Assembly: GCF_009914755.1 (NCBI RefSeq)
Contig: NC_060931.1
DNA: 64,000 nt
Direction: 5' to 3' (one strand)
Origin: the human T2T-CHM13v2.0 reference genome, Homo sapiens
A program made the position numbers and the translations under genes. Positions 46,763-62,822 of this stretch are shown in pieces. The notes beneath the pieces are model-generated. The model saw nothing but the letters and a program-made list of their open reading frames with translations. It made no database searches and was not told where the DNA came from. Every line of letters starts with the position of its first letter. Position 1 is the stretch's first letter.

Positions 46763-47399
46763 AAGTATTCCTATAAATGTTTTGTACACTGTTTTTTAAT
46801 TGCTTATCTATAGAAAATAATGTAACAATTTCTGGTAGCTTTTAAAGGAGAGTTGAAGGAACTGTGATTCTTGAATGAATGTTTTCAGTTTTAACCAAGA
46901 GAATAAATGTGATGAAAAATAATAAGATATTTGAAAAAGATAAGACAAACAACACGTTACTGTTGGGGCTAAAGAGAACCTAAATTCAAAGTTTGCATGA
47001 AATATGGTCAGCTGCTAAGATGAAACAAAGATTTATTATTGCTCAGTCCAAAGAGAAAACTGAAATGATATTTATAAGTGTAGTGATGAGCAGGTTGGAT
47101 CTAGCAGGGGAAATGTAGTTGTATAGTAGTGGTCACAGGCAAGAGATTTTCCCCTATCATGTCTTGAACGTGGTTCATTGGTTCATGCCCACCTGGCCAT
47201 TGGTTCATACCCAACTAACTTTCTAGAAATAAACATGACCTAGAAATAAAATATAAGGTCCATTTTAACATGTTTTCTTCTGTCTGTAACACCTGCAAAA
47301 ACAAAAGATATAAAAATATGTAGACATTAAGACAGTATCTTTTTTAGTGGATTACACTTATTTGTTGCAGTTATTAATTATTTCCGTAATATATGTTGC

Positions 47400-47742
<343 letters not shown>

Positions 47743-49393
47743 TAAAAACTTGGTGTTCATAAGTGAATGCTACTGATACTTGGCTTTATGGAAATCTCTT
47801 TTTAGTATTGACTAGTCACCCAGAAGATTAAAACATGGCAGCTAGACAGGCAATGTCAATCCTTTCAAATCAATTTACTTACTGGAGATTTTAAGTAATT
47901 TAAGCAAAGCATCCCCTCTAGGCAGGAAGCCCAGCTGTGATTGTGAAATGACATTATTTTCACCTTGCATTTAATTGAAAGCAGCTCCCTTCTAGTCCTG
48001 GCACATTGCTTTCACCCTTTTCTTAGAGGCACTGGAGAACAAGTAACTATTGCTTCTTGCAGCACAATGTTGTATGCCTGTGATTCTCTGTCCTAGTTTA
48101 CTTACCACAGGATGTAACAAATTATCCAAAATAGGATGTAAAATTTTCAAATCAATAAAAAATTAATGTATCACTTGTTACTTTCAGAAATAAAATGGAG
48201 GTTAGGAAATCAAACCCCTTGATGTATGTGATAAAGTGTTACAAAATATCAAATGATTCACTTTGCTATTTGTGAGTTTCTATCACTCTTTTTTTTTTTT
48301 TTGCCACTAATTGCAAAATAACTCATATAAACCTGGGTTTCTCAAGCAATGTTCTCCTAGATGTGTAGGACGAAGGCTATATTGGTATGAATAGGTAGTA
48401 ATTCTGAGCCTGTTCTGGAAGACCCCATTCCCCTGCAGAGTTTGGTAGGGCTCACATACCCGCAGTGGTGGTGGCCATTAATGACCAATTCTGCCTTTGA
48501 GTGCTCCACTTGCGCTACTCTCACTTCTGGCTCCTGGTGCTTAGGACTGCTGTCCCCTCTCCCTGCCTTACCAGTTCCTATTGTGGACATTAAGGAGTGA
48601 ATTTGGTCAGGCAGCCTGTGCAGGTCAGTGTCCCAGAGGCAGGTCTACAGCTCTAGCGGGTCCAGTCCCAGTGGACCTTTCTGCTAATTGTGTCCAGCCT
48701 TTCCATTCTTGAATTACTGACCTGCGATAAAAAATGATGGCGCCCTTACCACATTCTAGCAAAAAGGTCAACAGTCATTTACCAGTTCTGTGATCTTAAC
48801 ACTAGTTACCTTGTTTATAACTGAGCATGATAATGATGAGTACCTCATAGGACTGTTAGGAGGATTAAATGAGATACTATGAAAAAAGCCTTAACCAGTG
48901 CCAGCACTTGCTAGTGCTCAATACATTTTAGATATTTACTTGTAGTTACTGTTGTGGCTCCTACTATAATATTGACTTTGTTTTGTACTTCTTGGTGTCT
49001 AACTCAATCAGCTTTTTCTCTTAAGTCAGTTTCTAGACTGATAGTTCTTTTTAAATGCATCTGTTCTTCATTTTCATAGTTACATGTATGTCCTCTGTAG
49101 GTTTTCTGTTTCCATTCAGTTTTGGGGTGAAATATGATAGCAGCATGAGGAGCTCCACTCCTGGTCTAAATGAATAAGCTTATATTATCTCTTTCTTAAC
49201 TTTGCTCCTTAACTCTTTGTATTCTGTTACCTGCTTTCATAATTTTCCTGGAACTTCTTAAACCTCATTGGTAATTTCAAAGCTAAATTTCATTAATCAT
49301 TTCTCAGATTTTGTTCATACTGATTCGTTGCACTATAAAAAAGGATTTAAATTTTTTTTCTAATATTCACTTTTTTTGTTTTGTTTTACAAAT

Positions 49394-49655
49394 TCTCCTC
49401 CCTATCCCCTCCCCTACTTCCCTCTCTCCCTCCCTCCCTCCCTCCCTCCCTCCCTCCTTCCTTCCTTCCTTCCTTCCTTTCCTCCCTCCCTCCCTCCCTC
49501 CCTCCTTCTTCCTTCTTCTTCCTTCTTTTTGCTTCTTCTTGAGACAGTGTCTTACTATGTTGACCGTGCTGGACTCGAATTCCTGGGCTCAAGCAATCCT
49601 TCTGCCTCAACCTTCTGATTATTTCGACTACGGGTGTGCGCCACCATGCCTGGCT
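49394..49655 (-). mobile_element. Alu monomer with CT-rich (CCCT/CCTT)n tail
   Basis: Directly visible. Confidence 0.8.
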
Positions 49656-50258
49656 TAGAAAAGGACTTTATGTTGAACCTCTTTTCTCTTACAATCAAAT
49701 AATAAATTCATTGAGTCATACTATTAGCGAGTCGCAGTGCTTGGTGCGGGTGTAGAGGAATGGAATGATGACCAAGACATGGTCCCTGTCTTCAGTATCT
49801 TGAGATATTGAGCACTCAGGGAAAGAAAAATGGGCACAAAACTATAATGCAAAGTAAAATGTGTAGAGCACAAAGGAGAAATAAATACCAAAACAAGGGG
49901 ATGAGAGAAAGCTTTCAAATCATAGTGGTAGTTACTGGAATAACTTTAGGAATTCCCAGGCTGCTTGGAGAATGTGAGAATGTGCATCTGCTTGGTCCCT
50001 TCAGAAAACTGTCAGTGTGACAGATGGGAGGGTGAAAAAGAGGGAAAAGCTAGAATCTGTTGGGGTTAAATTGGAGTTCATTTTGAAGCATTAAAAATAA
50101 TTGAAATTCTGATATATTTTACCTGTATAGAAAGGGACAGGAAATAATATGAGAAATAATAATAGTGGGGTGACCCATCATCCATATTTAACGTTTGTTA
50201 ACATTTCGCCACAAGTGTTCATATTGCTTTCTCTCTCTTTTTCAAAAAAACTATTTTT

Positions 50259-50494
50259 TAGAACCCTTTTAGATGTGGCAGTTTTTCAGACTTTCCTTGT
50301 TTTTGATAACTTTACAATTTTGAGGAGTATCATATCTCCCTACAATCCTCTTGCATGTGGCAGTTTTTCAGACTTTCCTTGTTTTTGATAACTTTACAAT
50401 TTTGAGGAGTATCATATCTCCCTAGAATCCTCTTGGATGTGGCAGTTTTTCAGACTTTCCTTGTTTTTGATAACCTTAACAATTTTGAGGAGTA
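50259..50494. repeat. 82-bp tandem repeat, ~2.9 copies
   Basis: ATGTGGCAG recurs at 50273, 50355 and 50437; copies nearly identical. Confidence 0.95.
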
Positions 50495-50784
50495 CCAGTC
50501 AAGAATTTTTTAGACTATCGCTTAATTGAGATTTGTTTGATATTCTTCTTATGATTTTCTGGGATTTTGAGTTTTTGGGAGGAAGACCACAGAGGTCAAG
50601 TGCCATTTTTGTCATGACATAATACCAACTTATCACTGTTGATATTGACCTTGATCCCCTGGCAGAGAGAGTGTTGATCAGGTTTCTTCACTGTAAAGTT
50701 ACCCTTTACTTCCTCATACTGTGCTCTTGGGAAGGAGTTCGCTTTGCACAGGCTGCACTTAAGGAATGAAGCTTTGTTTCCTCT

Positions 50785-51955
<1,171 letters not shown>

Positions 51956-52031
51956 CCACCTCAAAGGTAGTGTTCTATATCAATTATTTTGAATTCTTCT
52001 GCATGGGAGATTTGTCTCTTCTCTCCCACTA

Positions 52032-54135
52032 TTTTTTTTTATTTTTTGGAGGGACTGGTTCTTTATTTCAAAAAGACATTTGTCAATATTCAGTATCAAA
52101 ACAGTTGCACTATTGATTTCTCTTTCTCCCAATTGGACCCAAAGAGACCACATCAAAGGAGAGTACATTTTAAGCCAGTAAGCTGCAGGATGTACACCTA
52201 ACAGACCTCCTAGAAACCTTACCAGAAAATGGGGACTCGGTAGGGAAAGAAACTTTAAAAAATCAGTAAACTGCCAGCCCACAGAGTGCAGAGGCTGTCA
52301 CAGCCAGGTGGGATGGCCAGGGTGTCACAAACCCAAAGAAGCAAAGTTTAAAAATAATATAAAATTTAAAAAGTTTTGTACATAAGCTATTCAAGATTTC
52401 TGCAGCACTGACTGATACAAAGCACAATGAGATGGCACTTTTAGAGACAGCAGCTTCAAACCCAGAAAAGGGTAATGAGTTTCACATGGCTGAATCAGTG
52501 GCAAAAACATAATCATCTTTCTTTCAAGGAGGCAGGAAAGCAATTAAGTGGTCACCTCAACATAAGGGTCACATGATCCATTCTGTAAGCAGTTGGGAGG
52601 GGGTAGAGATGGGACAAAAATTTGGTCTCAGAGTTCTTACATCCTGATTTGGTCAATTCTAATGAAAAAAAAAATAAGAAAAAAGAAATAATGTTGTCCA
52701 AAGGTATATATTAAAGCTGAAAACTTGAACAGCACATTTTTGTTTGTTTTTGTTGTTATTTGGCTAACTCCTCCTGGAATCACCTTTCTGGTTTAGCTGG
52801 TACTTTGTACAGAGCAATGAGGTTTCCAATAGTGGAGTCTTTCCCTGGGCTCTGTTTGGCTCTCAGTAAGGCAGGCCTATACCTTTTCTTCTCTATGGAG
52901 CGGGCAATATGCATTAAGCTGAAAAGTCACCTTCCAAAAGTGAGAAAAGGATTAGATTGCTGCTTCAGGGCTGTGGAATTACTTGGAATGTTTTACAAAT
53001 GGTTGCTACAAAGCAACAAAAAAGGTAATCACAAATGTGTACATCACAATATGCCTTTTAAAGACATTATGCATTGTGCTCACATTCCCTTAAATGTTGT
53101 TTCCAAAGGTGCTCAGCCTCTAGCCCAGCTGGAATCTCCGGGAAGAGGCAGAGACAGTTTGGGGAAAAAGACACAGGGGAGGAGCGGGAGGCAAAAGCGG
53201 AAAGCAGCCTTCCAGTTAAAGATCAGTCCTCAGTTAAAGGTCAGCTTCAGGCAGGCTGGCCTCAGGCAGAGTCAGGGTCAGAGGGAGGAGCAGCAGCAGG
53301 GTGGGACTGGGCTTTCTACATCTCATTCAGGTCAAGCAGAGTCTGGACCAGCATCTTTTGTGTACAGAGGCGCTGTCCTTTGGTGCATTTGAGTTTATCT
53401 TCCAGGTCTTCAATTGTATTTTCCAGCTTGGCTACCGATCTCTCAGCAAACCCATCACGGGCCTCTCCCTCCTTGAATTTATCAGTAAGAATCTTGATCT
53501 CTTTCTCATATTTGTCTTCTTTTTGAGAGTACTTTTCTTCAGCAGGACTCAGACACTTCAGATTCTGGTCCATCAGTCTGATCTGCTCATCCATCTCTCG
53601 GCAACGGTACTCTGCCAGCTCAGTTTGTTCCTCTGTGCGTTCCAAGTCTCTTTCAATGATCACCAACTTATGAGCTACCTCTTCATATTTCCTATTTGCC
53701 TCTTCTGCAATGTGCTTAGCTTCTTTGAGTTGAATTTCCTGGAGTTCCATCTTTTCTTCATCTTTTAAGGGCTGGTTTTCAATAAACTTCATACCTCTCT
53801 CACTCTCATCAGCAGTTTTTTCCGCTTCTTCCAGCTTTTGCAGGGCAGTGGCTGGGCGCTCCTGAGCACAGTCCAGCTTCTCATGAACCAGCTGGATCCT
53901 ACGGTTCAAGGAGGCCACCTCAGCCTCAGCCTGTTCCTGGGAACACCTTTCTCCCTCAACTTCTCACTGGAGACGATCAGCTCGCTCCTCTGCATCATCT
54001 GCCTGCTGCTGCAGAACCTGGATATTGCCCTTAACCGCCTCGATGGTGGTGATCCCAGCCATGGTGCCCACTCAGCTACTGCTCGCACTCCGATTCCTGC
54101 CTCCTCTGCTTGGTGTTGCAGCCTCCTCTCCCTCA
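52032..54135 (-). pseudogene. TPM3P1: Processed pseudogene of TPM3 (248-aa cytoskeletal isoform Tpm3.1)
   Basis: Intronless. ATG 54062 to stop 53316 = 747 nt ([11 protein letters not shown]...QTLLDLNEM); TGA at codon 33 (53966-53964); 5' UTR, ~1.25 kb 3' UTR, AATAAA (52067-52062) and poly-A (52032-52047). The P1 suffix is recalled, not derived. Confidence 0.93.
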
Positions 54136-54419
54136 CCCATTTGTTTATTCACTTATCCATTCATTTGTTTATAGCAGTATGGATTCATGGATATTTATTT
54201 TATACAGGTTATAATCCAATACTACTTTATTTCATTGTTCACATTTTTCCAGTTTTGGTCCATCGAGAGCTCTGCTGCTTGGCTTCTGTGTTCCTTTGAC
54301 ATACTCCCATGATAGTGGGTTTTTCTTTTGAGAATTTCCTTACTTTTTAGCACTACAAGATGTTCTAGGCTCATCTTGTGTATTTCTTGTCCTCTGTCTC
54401 TCTCTCTCTTTATTGATTG

Positions 54420-54705
<286 letters not shown>

Positions 54706-55429
54706 CTCTCTGTTTTTAAAAATAAACTGTTACCTAGACAGGTAAAGGTACTCCTACATCCCTTTCCCCACATGTTTTCTTTATTGGTAACCATTGTCCT
54801 GAAGTTGGTATTGTTCCCATGTATTTAATGTATTCATCAATAATGTATAGTTATTTTGTGAGTTTTAAAAATGTACATGATAGACTACTGCCCATACCCT
54901 TCTGCAACTTGTTTCTATTATCAAACATTATGTTTATGAGATCTTCCCATGTTGTAGATATACTTAATTTAATTGTTATATAGTATTTCATTGCATGAGT
55001 ATACCATGGCATATCCATTTTACCATAAATAGGTAAATTAATGCTGCATGGACCTCTTTACACATGTATTTGATTTATCAAGGGAAAGTGTTATCAATAG
55101 TAATGGGATCAACTAGGGAAAGTTTGGAAATTTGTGGGGGACATTTTATTTTTTAAATTTTTACATATTTCTTTTTTCTTCAGGAAATGCCAGCAGGAGG
55201 AATATTTTCAATTATTGATTGGGAGAGCCTTATTGACATTGGGAGAGGGTGAGGACAAAGGATGTATGATGACCTGTGACGTGTGTGTCTGCCTTTCTCC
55301 CATATAATTTTTAAATATCCCCCTCAGGTATTCTTGTACTTAAAAATTCTTTGTATGATGATCTGACTCTAGAACCTCCATTTTGTCTATAAAACCAAAG
55401 TATTTTTGGCATGGTTTTAGTATATGCTT

Positions 55430-55741
55430 TTTCTTTTCTTTTCTTTTTTTTTTTTTGAGACAGAGCCTCACTGTGTCGCCCAGGCTGGAGTGCAGTGGCG
55501 TGATCTCGGCTCACTGCAAGCTCCGCCTCCTGGGTTCACGACATTCTCCTTCCTGCCTCAGCCTCCCAAGTAGCTGGGACTACAGGCATCTGCCACCACG
55601 CCCAGCTAATTTTTTGTATTTTTAGTAGAGACGGGGTTTCACCGTGTTAGCCAGGATGGTCTCGATCTCCTGACCTCGTGATCCACCTGCCTTGGTCTCC
55701 CAAAGTGCTGGGATTACAGGCGTGAGCCACTGCGCCGGGCC
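55430..55741 (-). mobile_element. AluY-like
   Basis: Reverse Alu with AluY diagnostics. Confidence 0.93.
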
Positions 55742-55966
55742 TTTTCTTTTTGAATTTAAACTATCATGCACATTGAGGGAAGAGTTTACTTTGTTCGGAA
55801 ATTTTACCAAGTTCCGAACAAAGTAACACACTTGTATCATCCTGCATTTGTAGGTTTTGCATTCATGATGACAGTATATAGGAGTGCAAATGTCTGTTTA
55901 CTTCATTAAATCCTCTACCAAAGTCATGAAAAAATTTGCATTTTTAATATAATTATATTTTCTAAA

Positions 55967-56129
55967 TAGGGCCAGGACTAAGGTGAGGCAAGTGAGGTTG
56001 CTTAGGTGCAAAATTTGAGGAGATACAAATGCAAGTGTCCTGCAAGTGCAGGTTCAGCACTTTCACTACTTTGCCTGCTTAAATTTTGCACCCTAAGCAC
56101 CTTGCTTGCCTCATCTCAATTCTGCCCTG
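55967..56129. mobile_element. Palindromic hAT MITE (MER96-like)
   Basis: Inverted arms GTGAGGCAAGTGAGG..CTTAGGTGCAAAATTT / AAATTTTGCACCCTAAG..CTTGCTTGCCTCAT. Confidence 0.7.
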
Positions 56130-56177
56130 ATTATAAGTAATATTTTATGTATTTTTTTCATATTTTAGTTAGGCTAT

Positions 56178-56858
<681 letters not shown>

Positions 56859-57119
56859 TTTTTTTTTTTTCTTTGAAATTTATATGGATTAGGTAGATTA
56901 TCTATTATGTTTGTTATAGAATAGAAAAAGGGTGTTTCAGATAATTTCCTTTAAAAGGAAATATTAGATCTGATTGGTCTGAGAACCACTGCTTTAGGAC
57001 ACATACTTGGAAGTGCCGTTTGCTGGGCCATATGAGCATCTTCAACTTTACTGGGTATTGCCAGATTCCTTTACAGAATGGTTGTCTCAGTCAGAGATTG
57101 CTGTAGTGATGCTACATTA

Positions 57120-57445
<326 letters not shown>

Positions 57446-58643
57446 CCAAAAGACCCCAAGTTCAAAACTCAGTGGCTTCATATAGTAAGTATTTATTTTT
57501 CCCTGTCAACCTGTGGGTAGATTGCAACAAAAATTAGCTGGGCAGGATTCTGGACTTCAGGCACTGAGCTCCAGTCTGCAGGTTGGATTGAGGTTGGGTT
57601 CAGGTCTGCTCCATGTCTCTCATTCTCTTGGACTAACAGTTACCTAGGACATGTTTTCCTCATGGAAAGTGGCAGAAGCAAAAGAAGCCAAGTGGAAATA
57701 TGTAAAACCTCATGTGGGCCATACATAGAACTGACTTGCTGTCATTTTTGCTCACATTTCATGGACCCCAGCTTGTCACAAGGCCAAGCCCAACATCCGT
57801 GAGGTAGGGCTATATATTCTGTATATTCTAGTGAATGGTACTGCAAAGTTATCTGGCAATGATGTGGATTAGAATTCTAGTACAGGGAGGGTGTGAAGAA
57901 TTATGAATAATGATTCAGTTTACCACATGGTTGTACCATTATATACCTCACCAGTAATAGATGCAAACTCCTGTTTCTCAACATCTTCACTAGTCTTGAT
58001 GTTACCCAACTTCAACATTCTTGCTAGTTTGATGAGTGTTAAATGACATTGTTATTTTAATTTTCATTTCCAATTATATAGGTCTTTCAAAATACTATCT
58101 ATTCATTTTAAAAGATTAGTTTTAGCCTCCACTCTAAAGTCAGTTAGAATAAGGAGGCTTTTTGTGATGAAAATAAAAATTTGGAATCTGAGATTATGAT
58201 AGTTATAATCAGTTGCTCACTTTGGCTACCAATTAATTAATTTGTTTTTCTTTTGCTTAAGTAATGTCAGATATTCTGAGGACCATTAAAATGTCTAGAC
58301 TCTGTTCTCCAAGGGCCCTGTTCTAACATTCTGATTCTGTGTATATGATGCATTCGTAATTTTCTTTCCATGTAATAATCTAATTTTATTGACCCCACTA
58401 AGTAAGTAAGGTGTAGGCATTATATTCCAAACTACTCTTTCAAAAGTGTGACTGTACTGCAAAAAATGCAGATGTTGTGGGTTTCAATAAATGGATTTCT
58501 GGTATGTTTCTCTGGGAAGAATGCTTCCTGTTTATTGGCACTCCTCTAATGTGGAGGCAGGTCTTGCTGGAGAGCTGCATTCAAGTGAGGGAGGGGTGGG
58601 AAGGAAGAAAGGCACCCACAGAGCTTCTACCTTGTAAATATAA

Positions 58644-59003
<360 letters not shown>

Positions 59004-59719
59004 GAGTGGTGGTATTTTTAAAGAAGCACAGGCCATACCTGAAAAAACAATAAAAATTGAAAAGGAATTTCTTTCTATACTGTTATTTCTTAAAGGAGAT
59101 ACAATTCATAACCCCAGTAACATTTCCAGAGCCCTCCTCTGGCTTCTACTTCTCATTTCTCACTTCTCTCCTCAGTTCTCTCTCCTGTGCCTGGTCAGTG
59201 GAGCTTTTACCATTCTCATTCTCATCTGCTCAGCTGAGCTTGGCTGAATCATTCCATGGGCCAGCCTCATATCCTTCTGGCCAGCCTCATATCTTTTGGT
59301 AAAACATGGAGACTTACATGACATTTTCAGAGAAGAACCATAGTTGAGGAAGGCCAGGCCAGTGTCTGTGGAACAATGTCTCTCTTACCAGATAAGAAAG
59401 AAGTTGCTTCCTGACTTGCAGGTGTGAAGTTTTCTGATATCCCCCGATTTCCTTTTCCCAGGAGGCACCAGCTTCCACAGGATTTGGAGAGGATGTATTC
59501 TACTTCTGGTATCTTAGAATCCAGAATCTTGAAAGACAACAGAGGAGATCAAAGATAGAATGGACCAATTACATTCTAGAAAAGGCTGTTGACTAGAACT
59601 TTGTTTAGGGATAGTGGGATAAATTAAATGCTTCAATATACATTATGGAGATTATTATGACTGACAAAGATAGGGCACTATATTCAAATGAAGGTCGTAG
59701 CAGGAAACATATCATACAT

Positions 59720-60037
59720 TCTATCTATCTATCTATCTATCTAATCTATCTATCTAGAGACAGTCTTTCTCTGTTGCCCAGACTGGAGTGCAGTGGCATA
59801 ATCTTGGCTCACTGCAAACCTACAGCTCCCAGGTTCAAGCGATTCTCGTGCCTCAGCCTCCGAGTAGCTGGGACTACAGGCATGCACCACCAGGTCCAGC
59901 TAATTTTTTGTATTTTTAGTAGAGACAGAGTTTTGCTATGTTGCCCAGGCTAGTCTCAAACTCCTGAGCTCAGGTGATCTGCCTGCCTTGGCCTCCCAAA
60001 GTGCTAAGATTACAGGTGTGAGCCACTGCGCCTGGCC
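59720..60037 (-). mobile_element. Alu with (TCTA)n tail
   Basis: TSD-like ATCAT(A/G)CATTC. Confidence 0.92.
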
Positions 60038-61089
60038 CAAATCATGCATTCAAATTGGCAACTGAAGAAAATTTAATAAAAGGCTATTTACAGAGGTATT
60101 GGCAGGATAATAATAAAGAATGTTTTATTGGTAACAAAGGATAGCACAGTACCCTGGAGTAAGCAGCAGAAGGGAGCCATGACCATCCTTGGGCACAGCT
60201 CTAAAACCTGGGGAGGCAGCCATGTGGAAAGGCTGTGGCCTTCAGTGGAGAGACATAGCCAATCTGTGCATTGGGAGCCTGGAGAAAACGCTCTGTGCCT
60301 ATTTTTCTCCCACCCTATTAATCCCCTGTTGGGGTCTTTCATTGGCTGAACCCAACCAGAAGCCTAGGGCAAGCAGCAGGGAAAGTGGAAGGGGAGGGAC
60401 AAATGGAAAAATAACTAGCAGAAGACATTTTCTCTGACTCATTGAAATATTTTTTTGTTTCACTGTCTCTTTTCCTAACAAGAGGCATTTCTCAAGATTC
60501 CATTTACAGCAGTCTTCTTGTCTTATGCTGTATCTTTCAATAAGCTTGTGTAAATGAAAGTGAGATCTTTCTCCTTTCTGTCCTCTCCCAACTTCCAGGT
60601 TTGCATTTTCAATTGCCTGTTGTATATTTTCACTAAGGCATAGGTTACTAGCTCTATCTCTTCCTTTTAACAGAGTGCAATTTCTCTTCAAGGCTCTTAA
60701 TAGTCTTCATCTTTTCTTTCCTTTATATACGTTAAGTTACTAAATCCCATTAACTTTGTATTGCCTTAATCTCTCTTTGCTTCCTACTTCTGCCTTTATT
60801 TCAACACTTATAATCTTATTACAGTAATCTCCCAACTGGTCTTCCTGCCTCTAATCTCTCCTAATCTATCATATATGCTGGGATATTGCTTGCAAATTCT
60901 TTAATGTCTTTCTATTGCCTAGCAAATGAAATAGAGACACCTAAACCTAATATCCTAGGCCTTCTACCGTGAGCGCCACTGCATGTTTCTGGCTTGATAC
61001 TCACTGCTTTTCTTCATACACCATGCTCCATTCAAAGTATGCTTTACTAAATGTAACTTTATTATATTTATCATGCTCATATTCCTTTT

Positions 61090-61103
61090 TTCTTTTTCTT
61101 TGG

Positions 61104-61134
<31 letters not shown>

Positions 61135-61414
61135 GGAGACAGAGTCTCACTCTGTCGCATGGGCTGGAGTGCAGTGCTGCGATCTCGGCTCACTGCAACC
61201 TCCGGCTCCTGGATTCAAGCAATTCCCCTGCCTCAGCCTCCCGAGTAACTGGGATTACAGGTACCCATCACAACTCCCGGCGAATTTTTGCATTTTTAGT
61301 AGAGACGGAGTTTCGCCATGTTGGCCAGGCTCGTCTCCAATTCCTGGCCTCAAATGATATGCCCGCCTCGCCTCCCAAAGTGCTGGGATTATAGCCATGA
61401 GCCACCACGCCCAG
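61090..61414 (-). mobile_element. Alu
   Basis: TSD TCATATTCCT. Confidence 0.93.
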
Positions 61415-62271
61415 CATTCATATTCCTGATCACCTTAAAAATTCTTCACTTTTGTTGTCATGGAGGCCAGATGAGTCATCTGCAAGTTAGACACCTGTAG
61501 TTTATCTGAGTCCGAACACTTCCTAATATCCCACATTCGAAGTGTCCCACATAATCAATATACCCTATTGGCTCCTTAGTCTCCTTGTCCTGTGGCTCCT
61601 TCACAGGAGCTTCACTTTTCCCTCGAGAGTTTTACTCGATGCTTGATGGTGCATCCTGGCTTGGAAGCCCCTGGACTTTGACATGCTCTGGGTCTTTTCC
61701 CCTCAGTGCATGTTTGTCTACAAGCTGAGCTCTTCCAGCTGCTGTTGTCACAAGAAACAGCTGGCAGTCTATATGGAGGCCTCTGTAGCATTCCTCACTC
61801 ACCTTTAAGTTAAAATTGTTATTTTAAAATAATTTCAAATTTGTAGAAAAGTTGAAAGTACAGTACAGTTTTTTCTTCCAGAACCATTAGATGCTGATGT
61901 GGTACTTTATCACTTTGAAATACTTTAGTGTATATTTCATACAAACAAAGATGTTCTTCAAAATAACCACAGTATACTCATCAAAATAAGAAATTAATTA
62001 GATTTATTAATCAGAAATTGGTACAGTGACACCATCTAATTCTGTCGATTCTATGCAAGTTTTGCCAATGGTTACAATATGCTTTACAGCAAAATAATTC
62101 AGTTCACAATCATGCCTTCCATTTAGTAGCCGTGTCTCTCCAGACTCCTTTTTTTCTGCAAAAGTTCCTCAATTTTTCCTTAACTTTAGTGACCTTGACC
62201 TTGATAGTTTTGATGAATACATGCCAGTTATTTTGTAGAATACCATTCAATTTGAATTTGTTCAGTAGTTT

Positions 62272-62568
62272 TGTTTTTTTTTTTAAATAGACAATCTTGC
62301 TCTGTCACCCAGGCTGGAGTGCAGTGGTGTGATCATGGCTCACTGCAGCCTCGACCTCCCAGGCTCAAGTGATCCTCCCCCTCAGCTTCCCAAGTAGCTG
62401 GGTCCACAGGCACATGCCACCACACCCAGCTAATTTTTTTGTAATTTTTGTAGAGCTGGGTTCTCACTATTTTGCCCAGGCTGGTCTCAAACTCCTGGGC
62501 TTTAGTGATGCTCCCACCTCGGCCTCCCAAAATGCCAGGATTATAGGTATGAACCACTGCACCTGGCC
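62272..62568 (-). mobile_element. Alu (J-like) within an old L1M fragment
   Basis: Reverse Alu. Confidence 0.9.
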
Positions 62569-62822
62569 TCAATGGTTCCTCATGATTGAATTCAGGTTAT
62601 GTAGGTACCCTTGGCTGTGATGATGCTATGTTTTTCTCATAGAATCCTATCAGGTAGCAAATGATTTTTCTTGGTCCCATTATTGATTATTCTCATTGTG
62701 ATTACTTGACTAAGATGGTGTCTGTGAGGATTCTCTATTATATTCTATTCTCTTTTGTAGATAACAAGCATTTTTGTGGAAACACTTTGAAACTGTAAAT
62801 TCTTTATCAGACGCTTAATGTA

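Noticed and set aside
50259-50494. CRISPR-like periodicity
   Set aside because: Whole units repeat with no unique spacers, in a eukaryotic context
52760-53768. Plus-strand ORFs of 150-210 aa
   Set aside because: Antisense frames of the TPM3 retrocopy with non-ATG starts; no recognisable protein
53316-53918. 200-aa tropomyosin ORF as a functional gene
   Set aside because: Intronless, poly-A tailed, GTG start behind a premature stop, helix-breaking prolines
55160-55255. Strong polypyrimidine acceptor at 55183 with GTGAGG donor (65-nt pseudoexon); similar at 37928-37992
   Set aside because: Motif-only evidence and frame-disrupting; such pseudoexons are abundant in long introns
59259-59297. 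20-bp tandem duplicate GGCCAGCCTCATATC
   Set aside because: Small slippage duplication with no functional cue
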